Of a stretch of 64,000 nucleotides of DNA, positions 12,743 through 24,700 are shown one piece after another. The notes below the pieces were generated by a model that saw only the letters and a program-made list of their open reading frames with translations, did no database searches and was not told where the DNA came from. This DNA is from Azolla caroliniana. Taxonomy: Eukaryota; Plantae; Polypodiophyta. The first letter of the stretch is position 1, and every line of letters starts with the position of its first letter. The DNA lies in the NCBI GenBank assembly GCA_043228905.1, contig JBHGNT010000007.1:19840001-19904000 (forward strand). Direction: 5' to 3'. The position numbers were made by a program, and so were the translations under genes.

Positions 12743-15700
12743 TCATCCACAAATTTGAACGTTCCAGCTAGATATTTTAGAGTCCATATTCTTCCTACAG
12801 AATGGGCAGCAACCCTCTTTTAGGACTGCAGCATCCCATTCCTCTTGTTCGAAAAAGTGATTGCATGATGAACATTGATGAACAGCTAAGGTTGGGTCAA
12901 TAATGTAAAAGTATCGTACTTGCTGCATATTAGAAGCCTTCTGTATGATGACTTGTCTTGTTTGAAGGCTTTTAAGAGTAACTTCATTTGCTAGTAGAGG
13001 TCCCAACTTTAACTTGGGGTTTGAAACAAAGAGATGGTTTTGCAAAATAGTTGTCCACTGTGTCTGCTTCGGGAGTCTCCCTGATTCTTCAACATGCTTT
13101 GCTTTTAAGTTATATGGGCTAGATCCCATTAGTTTTATTGCATTTTCATGAGTGATACCATCTTCTAGAAAGAACTCCACCTGAAAAAGCCGTTAAGAAA
13201 ACATTTACAGCTGCATAATATCTAATAAATTGTTGTATAATAAAGAATTGTATGCTTCCATAAGAACATTGTAATGACAAGCAATATGATTTCATATATC
13301 ATGGAGTTTTATGTTTTTGTATATAATATATCTTTGTTTGCAGAAAATTGGCTTCCTTTTATATATCAGTTCTTGATTAGGATGAGACTAAAACATTCGA
13401 ATTCCTCACAATTGGTAGTTGGTCGAATGAGATGAAGGATCGAATGATTGGCTGAGAACAGACATTGCAAACATCTTTCCATGAAGAAGAAACAACCGAT
13501 AGACGAGATGCACAGCGATAACAAGAAAGGCACTCCAGTCTAGCAGTAGAGTCATCAGAAACAGCTGCTCGGGCTCGAACAATTAAAGCTGCTACATCTA
13601 GTTTGTCCCTCCAGCTTGCTGGTAGTTTAAAACCTTGCAATTGACTATAAGCAGATCTAGCAGCCTTGTAGCATCCTAACAAATATACATCAATATAAAA
13701 TACTGGTTTGAATATTGTGACAAGCATCCTACCCTGAGAATTGGCAAAATCAAATAAACAAATATATGGGAGAACGTAAATGAAATAGCTTGACTTATTA
13801 TTAGTAGCTGTCCCACACATCTAGCACCTAATTATATGTAAATATCCCACGTTGATAAGACAAATCCAAATAAATTCCTCATAGAAAATTGATAAACATA
13901 ATTTTTTTTTGAGTTTTTAAATATACCAAGCTCTTCCCCATGCTTTGCCAGAGTAACCAAGATGTTAACCAATGATACACCAGGTAATGGATCCTTGGTA
14001 ATATGACCGAGAAGAAACAGTGAAACATTGAACAAGGTTTCTGAAGTAGATGTTCTAAAAGGTTCATTGATAGATTGGTCAATGAATGAATATACATAGT
14101 AGATCTCTGCCTTTCCCCATGTGTTAGTAAATCCTGTCGGTAATGTATTCTTTTTTTCAACAGAAAGATCTCTCCAATCATGGAAAAGCTGAAGGCTATA
14201 AAATGCAGCATCCTTGAACCTCTTTTCCTTCACCTGCAGAATATATACTTCATTTCTTTAAAATATGAACGTTAAATTCTTGCTAAAATGTTCCGTTAAC
14301 TTTTGACCACCCTTGTTATAGACAAATCAAAGGTGACATAAATTTATCACCCAACACTGAATGTGCTTCCCTCACTTTGGAGATCCATCCAACTTTGATC
14401 ACCCCATGCCGGAGATCTTTCAAAAGCAGAAGTTTCAACCAATTGAAACAGAAAGCAGAAGTTTCAGCCAATTGAAACAGAATTTTTGGTACCTTATGTA
14501 GTCTATCTGGTAACTTAGGTGGTCTTACTAATTTAGTCATATTTATTTTAAGATTAATCTCTTCCTTGATCTCCGAGTTCATTTTGGTCTCTTAAAAGAT
14601 GTCAACTTTTTCTTTTTTTGTCTATATTTTTCTTTCTATTGCGCTCTGTCCTCAGGGCCAGACAAAGATATATTTTCAATCATTCTATCATCGAGATTGT
14701 GGCGAATAAGAATTTGCAACGGAGATCAGTAGTGAAAGATATATTTTAAATAGTATTTCACATTAAGAGACAGTACTGCAGTTATTGATGATACTTGTGA
14801 GGCCCTGATTTTAGATAGTGCAGCTATACATTAGGATATGTTTCACAGAATCGCTGCTCTTATGGAGCTGCTGATAGAAATAATTCTGAAGGTTGCAGTT
14901 GATGACTACACAAGCTACAAGAATGAAAGAAAAAATTCTTACGGCATTGCTTGTAAGTTGTCCAAGCAGCCGCATTGAGCATTCATAGTTGCCTGCTTGT
15001 CGATATGCTTGACGTGCCTTCTCATATTGGGCCTGTGATACCAGCCACTCAGCATATGGTGAATAGACATCAATGTCCAGTTCTGGGTGCAAAGTCTTCA
15101 TTGCAAATGCATCATCCCACTGTTTCATGTCAATATGCAATGACAAAATGGACCTAAACATGCATTTCATGGTGGTTTAGATAACAGTTATATACATATA
15201 TATTCGTATACGAAAATGAACTTTCATGACACGTGTTACTTTCAGAACCTTAAATCACCCAATTTTGTGTAAGTCTCGAGTGCATGTGTATGCAATCCGT
15301 GAAGCTTCATTAAAGTTGCACATAAAGACAATTCTTGTATGTCAGTTTTTTTCAATCGTCTTGCGACCTATAGTACAACATCCAATAATCAGAGTCAATC
15401 ATCTTGTGGACATTAACCTAGAAACATTTTATGATAAACAAAACCCATATTGAGAATGCACAGTAACTTTGGAATGAGAATGGACTATAAAGTAAATTAT
15501 TTTTATTCATCAGCTTAATGGTCAAGAATAGCAAGATCCTTCCTATAACAGGGGCTTGAAAACGTTAGGATAATAATCAGTATCATTGGAAACATTCAAA
15601 AAGACATTATGTTATTGTATATGAATAGATGTTATTAATGAATAATGAAAGATTTTCAACATTCATGTTTATCCAATACCTCAATCAATTTTGATGGTGG

Positions 15701-18700
15701 TCCATGCTCTGCTACCAACGCAAGAGCCTTCTCAAGTTGGCCTGCTATAAGATACATGTCAGCAGCTGTTGCATGGTCATTTTTCTCCTCAGTCCATTCT
15801 GCTTGTTTCTGAATTATTTCCTGGACCTTCTCTTGGGACCTACTATCTGCAGAAGATGTCCTTGCTGCCAATTCCTTTGCTTCATCAAACATGTGGAGAT
15901 CTGCAAACATCTCCATAGCTTTCTGAATCTGTCCAGCTTTGCAATAAAGCTCCGCTGCATCTTTGAACCTGCCCTGGATCAGATTACTATGTAAGGTCAC
16001 TTCACAACATAACTACAAAAAAGACAAGGACAAGACATATATTCTTGGAAATAAATGAAAACGAAAATTTCTCAAGACGAACATTTGAATAAGCTTTCCA
16101 TGTATTTATATATGAACTTTTCCTGGGAATAAGAAAAGACAACCCAGATAAAAGTAAACCTGGTAGGCGCATATAGTGGCAAGTAATGGCAGCTTATCCT
16201 CAGATGATGTGCTGCCATTTTCAAATTCATTGATAAGATCCAAGTAACACACGTCCTGAAGACGTGAGAAGCATCCTCGTGCGACACCCCAACATTGTGC
16301 TTGTAGAGATTCCAAACCAAGAAATCTCCAATCTGATTCTGTCACACCCAGACAGGCTACACTATAGGCCTTTTCATAGTTACCGCTGTCTACATACTGC
16401 TTCATACTCCAAGAAAGTGGAAGATCGAGTATCTAAAAAGAAGTTCCAGGAAGGAACTAAAATTTCAAAACACATCCCTAGGAAAATTTCAAAACACATC
16501 CCTAGGAAAACATACTCTTTTGCCACTTTATTCGCACCTGCATTGAGAGCTCATGGAGGCAAAATAATCTAGATCCTTGGAGACCAACCACATAACCCTG
16601 GAAATTTTGTTGATGTAAAGGAAAACTTGAGATTTTAACATTTAGCGTGCCATTGCCCGCAAAACAAAGCATCTCCTCCATCTGAGTATTCCAAGCTACT
16701 GAATTTGCACATTTCTCCTCAAAGACAATACACTTTTTCTGTAAAATAAAGAAAGTGTAACGAATTAGAAATGCTCTCATTATATGTGGTATTTGTTAGG
16801 CTGTCATTTCTAGCAAATAAACTGAAGAAAAAACAGTTTGTGATTCGTTTTCAAGTGCTCTACAACTTTGACCAGTGCACTGCGTCCAAAACCATATCGC
16901 TGAGTCAGATAATTCTCAATTCATAATGGTCGTATTGCTACAGGTACAATATGATCCAATAATGTCGGTATAGAAGAATCCAGTCAGATTAAACTGCTCT
17001 AACTTTTCCATCTATAATGATAGGTAAACCTCGTCGTATACTTTCTATAATGCACTGCAAATACGGATAATTACCTTCATATCATAAATGAAAACATTTC
17101 CTTCTTCATCAACTGCTGCAAGTTGAGATTGTTCAGATGATATGTCTAAGCACCGGATGGCACATGTATGACTATATACACAAACAGGGAAAATGTTGTT
17201 TATCCAAATCCTCATAATAGACCCATCCTTCAGTCCCACTAACAGACTTTCACCACCAACAGGTCCTCCACAAACCTGCAATAACACACCAATAGAAGAC
17301 AATTTTATTGATTCTTCTTCATATATCTCTGATGCATCTAGATCCGTGTCAACATCACAGCTAAAGATATAAAATAAGAAGATATTGGAATTAACTTTAT
17401 TTCAAAGCACCATTTAAAAACAGGGAATTCATTTTGAGGAGGATTCCATACAGGATAACCTCTAATGTGTGTGTGGGTACTTACCTTGTTTCAATTGAAA
17501 TAAATTCAACCCACAATCATCCCATTTAGAGTTACTCCTTTCCATAATCTTGACATTTAGATGTATTATAATCTTGTACTACTTATAACAAAAAGATAAC
17601 CACAACAACCATGCCGAATATGGCCTTATGCCCTACCTTGGAAGTCCTTAGTCAACCACTCGATGGATCTAGATATACAAGTGCTTTGTATCACCAACAT
17701 ATTATCAATGATATCTTTAGATCCCGTCTGGTGAATCCTAAGGCTTGTCCTATTTACTCCTTACGCTCCCCAGACTGCCCTGTGTACCGATGTGTCCCAG
17801 GTTCTTATTAGGTGTCTTTCGTCTTATGATGACCGGGTTCCCACTTATTCTACCCTTAAAACCATTACTATTAATGCTTAGAATTGGTTGATAAGGCTAT
17901 GCCTCTAGCATACTCCCCATTTTCAAAACATTGCACTCTTGCAATGATAAATCAAAATCAGAAAAGTTAGATTTAAGAGCGTGCTCTTTCTAGTGGCATC
18001 ACAAAAAACTTAATTGCATTTTCATACATTATTAGTATATTTTCATAACCACCTTTCGAATGGGTGTCACTGTACACCCACCAGTTGTTTTTATAACTGT
18101 CTCTAGGCAGATAGAACCATCTGTTGAATGATAACAGAGCCCACGTTTTTCTGATCTCTACATGATTGAAACAGTTTGTCATAATCTGTGTTCTGTGTTC
18201 TGTGTTCTGTGTTCATTGCTATGCAATCCATTGTCTACACAGTCAATTATCCGGCAATGGGTGCAAAACCCTAGCGGATAACAGCTTGATAAATACTTCA
18301 AAGCATCCTAAACCATGCTCTATACATCAAGTATGCGATATATAACTACTATGACGTGAACAATGGTGTTCATGGAAGCCTGATGATAACAAATGGAAGA
18401 GTTGAAGTCTTGAACGAGCTTTGTCTATATAGATTTGTGACTAACAAGGTCTTCTTGATCATGACTCTCAAAAGCAACAGGTTTCTATCTTGGTAAAGAA
18501 CAACATCAATTACATATCACTAGCTCCGGTTCCAATCTCAAAAGGTTTGGAAGAGTTAAGAAAGATAGTGTAAAAGCAATACAAATATGTTCCTCGAGAA
18601 TGGTATAACATTTTTGCTGATGGCCATTACACAGAATCGGTTTAATTGACTTAGAGATTTGACCTTTTAAAAGATAAATAAAAGGTGTAGTCAATTGTGA

Positions 18701-21700
18701 AAAGTTACAAAGAGATTTGCAGAAAACAAACAAAAACCAAGGAATGAACAAAATTCTTGAATACTAAAAGGAATTCTCGAACAAAATGAACACCCTCATC
18801 AATAATTAAATGTCCTAAGCAACTAAACTTTTGAAAAACCCACATTTCAAAATTTTGACAAAGAAATGAACATATGTGCTGGACAAAATGAACATATGTG
18901 CTTGAGAATCTATCAACTTGAATATAAATAAATTGTCAGTAATCAAATACTAGCTTTGCAAATCTTTAACCTAAGTGAGGTATGAGTTATTTATTTGTTT
19001 CAGATTGCATCTACAATAAACATTCTAGATCAATGTAATATTTTAGGCTTTCAACATGCCAAGGATTGAATAATCTGAAAGGGATACACATATTCCAGAT
19101 CAACAGTTCCATCAAAGAATGGCTATAAATGAGAATATCATCCAAAACAATGACGACAACATGACCAATGTGATCCCAAAAAATGTCATTCATTTCTTGT
19201 TGAAAAGTGGATATGCATTAGTCAACCGACAGGGTGTGAGTAAAAACTCAATCCCATACCATCAAATATGGTCTTACGCTATACCTTGGAAGTCAATCAA
19301 TCAATGGATCCGAAGATATGAGAGCTTTGACTCATCAACAAAGTCTTAGCAATGTTCTTAAATGCCAGATGCTGTGTCAAAAGGGGTATCTAGTCCCTTT
19401 AAATAGTTTCCTCCTTAGTTTGCCAGGCTTCCACATGTTCCCATGTGTCCCAAATCCAGAGTCCTAACAATGTCAGATGCTGTATTCAAAGCGGTAGCTA
19501 GTTCCCTTTATCTAGTTTCCTCAGTCTCCTAGATCGCCACGTGTTCCCATGTGTCCCAACTCCTAGGATAACCAGTTTCCTACCTATCTTACCCTTAAAA
19601 ACAATAAAAATAAGTCATTATAATTGGTTTACAAGGCCATGTGTATAATAATTACTCCTCCATGGATTAATGTATTGGAGGCCATTCATGATATCCATGG
19701 ATTATTGTATAGTGCTATCATATGTCTTTCATTTGTCTACAATCCATGCAATGGTTCCCAAAGTAACCATCATATTTCATTCTATACCAGCATAGATAAT
19801 CTTGGTCTTTGGCAAAGTTGCAACTAATAATACAGGAAGCTCTTACTACATAAGAATCTGATCAATGAAATGCAAAATGGATATTCACATGACAATAAAA
19901 AGGTCAGTTCAAAGGCAGCAGGCAAAAATATATGTTGCTAAATGTACGTTCACAACAGAATACAAAAGCTTTGTTTGTGAATTGTAAGTGAAAACTGACC
20001 TTCAGATATCGAATTGCAGAGCTCAAATGCCATTCCTTTTCTTTTTCCCCATTAAAGCTAAAAAGTAGTAAGCTTGATTCCTGATTCAAATCATCCAAAA
20101 ACAATACCAAATTTTAGCTATGAATAGCCCACACATTGACTATCACTAGCAACACTAAAAAATAAAGAAACTCTGATAGGCCTTAATATCTTGATTCATC
20201 CCATGCATTAAAGTAAGTTCGTCTTATAGCCAAGACCTGGGTTATTCCCCTAAATTGTACTTATTTACCACATTTTCCTACCATATTTTGTCCAAAAAAA
20301 GATACTACGTTAGTATTAAGAAAACCCCCCTAAGGCTGGACATAAAAATGTACCAAAGAGCCTTTATTTTCTAAATTCTAACCTTCGGTTTAAATAAATA
20401 CTTCACCTTATCAGAAATCCGTCTATAAAATATGCCTCTGTCCCAGATGGCATGAAACTCCATATTCCTACCATATTCTTATTATTGGAAAGAAATTATA
20501 CACATTGAAACTGGTCACACTTCTAATCTCTAGCTTATCATTTTCATGTGAGTTCCTATTCGTGCCATATCTTATTTATTTGATTCTGGCAGTATATATA
20601 ATTTTCTTAGAATGAACAGTGTTTCATAAATTTACAATTTTACTAAAGATCCTCAAAATGATAGCGTAAGAAATCAAATTTATTCACAATCATTGATGGT
20701 TTATAAACAATAAAAACATCTATGTCGTGGTTGCAGTTATAACTAGTTGAAATAGTTCACCTGGCATAATATAACATGAGCTGAGGTTAAAACAAGGAGA
20801 CTATAATCAATGTCTGCAGTGATTTGAGTAGATATTTGATAATTTTCTTGTGTGCCATTGTTTTGATGAAGCTCATAGATGACAATTCTGCTTGGGAGTT
20901 GAACTGCCACCTTTTTCTGGTAAACTGCTATTTTAGATATATACTCACGACATTCAATTCTGACCTGAAACAGAGATGGATAAATAAGACATACTGGGAG
21001 TGAAACTGGATGAAATCAAATCAGTTATTTTTCTAGTTTAACGTATGCTTCACATAAACAATATTCAAGTTGGAACAAACTAGAATTCGTAAAATCTATG
21101 CCAACCATCATCATTTTAAGATAGAATGTCTATTTTGGTCTCATAAACCATTTTGCCAGATAAAATTTTTGTGCATGGGCCACCCCCATCTGGATCATGG
21201 CCTTGTCACTCTTGTTACCGATAGACCAAGTGCATTATCTCTCCACACTGAAGGTGCATCCCTTGCTTTGGAAACCTCTCCATCTTGGATCAGCCCCTGT
21301 TGAAGCTCTTTCAAAGACAGAAATTTCAGTCCATCGTGGTTTGTTCTCAAAGACTAAACAACATTTTAAGATTATTTCTTCAATCTCACAGGCCATTTTG
21401 GCATCTTAAGAGACATTAATGTCTCTCTCTTCCAATATAGCTTGGTTTGTCCACGCATAGTGATCCAAACTGATTCCATTAAACTGGAGAATGAAAGAAC
21501 ATGGATCAGCCTGGCAACATCTCTCTGTAGGAAGATGGCCCACTATACGACACTCTTTCTACAAATGTCCCAATATGGATTTACTACTGGGACTTCTTTA
21601 GATGGATACACATCTATCTCATGAGCTCCACTATCATGGGAAGCTTGGGACTTTTTCGCATTAGATAGATATTGAGACAGGCAGGTATGTAATCGAATCT

Positions 21701-24700
21701 GTGAAAGAATGGATCAGCCAATTATGCCATTGAGGGGTGAAATCGGAAAAACATTATGTCTGCCATTGTGCCATTTTTTATGAAATAAGGAGGAGATAGC
21801 AGTGTCTCTCCAATCAAACCTTTGGCCCACTCCAAAAGGTAATGGAATACAAAGACCAATGGTGCTTGGGAGTGTTCTTGCTAGAACTTAGGAGGTATAG
21901 AGGGAAGTTGTTAAAAAGACAACAATACAACTTAGGAGGTATAGAGGGAACCATAATGAATTTCTTTAGATTCATCACTCCTTATCCTAGAAGTCAATCA
22001 AGAACTACAAAAGTAGATGCTAGAACAAGCCGCTGAAAGGGGCTACTATAGATAAGAAAGTAGGAATGTCTCGTCCGCATAGACCATGATCATTTGTGCC
22101 ATGGCTTTGTCATCTTTGTCATTGAGAAATAAAGACCATTATCACTCATTGAAGGTGATTCACATCCCTCGGAGATCTCTCCATCCTGGAGCAGCTTGTG
22201 TTGGAGGATTTTTGAAGACAAAAGTTTTGGAGGATTTTTGAGGACATTAATGTAACTTTCTTTCTTCAAATACAAATACCAATGGTGCTTGGTACTACTT
22301 ATGCTAGAACTCAAGAGACACAAGTTGTTGTCATATATTAAAAGGGTTTAGAGTTTAGGCCTTTATTGGAGATACATTACAGGCTGAGGTCTCTATTGAT
22401 CCAACTTTCGAATATTAAGTGTTTCAAAAATTGATCCTTTTGTACCCAATGTTTAGTTAAAATTATTATGGTTTCTTTTCTCAAATTTGAGACATTTAAG
22501 ATATAACCTTTTGTTCAATCTTATTGGCTATTTTGGCATTTTTAAATGCATCAATACAATTTTTCTTTCTTTTTCTTTCTTGATAGATGCGTGACAAAAT
22601 CTTCTTCAAAAGGTCAAAGAGGAATTGAATTTCTTAAAAGTAGGGAGTGAGTACCAAAAGACTAACAAAACAATACTATACTATAGAAATTAGTTTCAAT
22701 AAATTTCACTTCCATGGTAATTTATACCTACCGTTCTTTTTCTCCTCAATGGAGGGTAATAAGTCTTGGGTCATTTAGCACAAGTTTGCACAGCTTGGCA
22801 GTGCAAGCATTTCCACACATTAGAGTGTATACCAAATCTCCACACAACAGTGCCTCCCGGAATAATTGGTTTGTTGAATATGGTGAGCTATGCACCCAAA
22901 TACAAAGAGAGGTCACCCATGGAATCATTAAATATTGACAGGCAAAAGGGTTTAGGGCATAAGTTAATTGTTGGACTAAAAAGAAATAATACAGGGCATT
23001 AGAGCAAGCAGGTTTCAGGAGCAAGTCTGTTCTTTCTCACCTACAACTTTTGGATTGCACATTGATGAGATTTCTGATTAGGGGAGCAGGACAAAGCTTT
23101 GCAGGAGTTTCAATAGCAATCTTATTGTATGTGAATGAATTGTAGCCATTTCAAATTCACATGAGAGACTATAGACCCATCTAGAAACAGTGATGACTTT
23201 CTGTACGGCCAGATCTCTCAAAGTCAAGGTTGGAAAATCTGAGACATTTATAGGATATCAAACAAATGCATCCATTTTTCACATCTGATGGGTTGCTGGT
23301 AGAGTATGTAAAATCATATATACCCTTTGAAATCCCTTTTAAGGGCCCAAAATTCTCTGAGGAAGGCAGCAGATGCAGAGGTTTGCAACCTTGGGGTCAT
23401 TGGTTAAAATCATATTACACATTATCAGGTGCAACCCATTAATAGTAGAACTAGGAACTTGACCGGTGGTCACTAAAGCCCTCTCCCAAGCAGTTAACCT
23501 CTCTAGAGATTGTGGAAACCTCTCACCCATGATTGGCACGTAACTGATACTCACCATTAAGTACCTGGCTCAAGCTTCATAGTAGGGACATCGATGATCT
23601 TCCCCCTTCTAATACACCTTGCCTACCCCTTTTCAGATCTCAACACACAGAACCGGCTCATGTAATCAACACAGGCAGACATTGTGAAGCTGGAAAAAGA
23701 AGGAGTTTGGATGAATCAACTGTTCCCCTTAGGATCAAGCAAAGAATATATGCCTCCAAGTGTGAAGAAGTCTAGGCTGAAGGCTTGAAGCTGCAGGTCC
23801 GGTGTGCAGCAACACGATGTCAACGGTAGCTGCTGCTGCTCCATAACCATGTTGAGCTTGGGTTGGGATGGCTCAAGCCCAACCTAACCGTTTTGGGCCA
23901 AACTGTTTTGGGAATCGGTTCGGTTCAAGTTCGAAAACTCCCAAACCAGTTAAGGCTTAAGTGGGCTTGGTTTGGGCAAGGCTAAACCGGTTAAGCCGAA
24001 ACTGAACCGTTGCCGATTCCTAGATTGCTTGCTGTTGGCAACTGCACTGGCCTGGGGACTGGCCTGGGGACCTGGGAAGAGAGAGAGAGATAGAGAGGTT
24101 CCTCTAATTTGTAGGCCTCTAAGGCCATTTGGTCTTTACCTTGCTCCTTCGTCATACTTGATCTCAACCTAGCAATGTCGGGATCTTGCCGACCCAAAAA
24201 CATCGATCATCGATTCGTAGGGTGGTGCCAAGGTGCTTCAAATTGGGTTTCTCCAACCCATGATTTCGCCAAAGGCTTATCTTCTTTCTCCACTAAGTCC
24301 TCCAGTAGTCGTTTTCCCCCTTTTTGCATTTCCCCGAGCACACATGCTTTCATCATCACGGGCACTTGTATTATTGTCGGGTCACGAGTCTGTGTTGCGC
24401 GTACCTTGGATCTCTTCGTGTCTTCAGGTGCCAAGCCAATGGCCAAGCTTACACTTATTATCTTTTGTATCTGTACGCCCTGCTCAGGATTTAGAAAAAA
24501 AACCTGATGGCTATGATGAAGAAGATGAAACGAATCGTTTCAAGGTTGTGTCTTAGGAATCGACAATGGTTCGCAGTTTGGGGGTTTCCAAACCTGGACC
24601 GGAACGGACCGGTTTCTAAACCGGTTTGGACAAGCCGATTAAGCCTTACCCGGCTTGGTAACCAATTTGAGCAATCCCAAACCAAGTTCAAACCGGTTAA

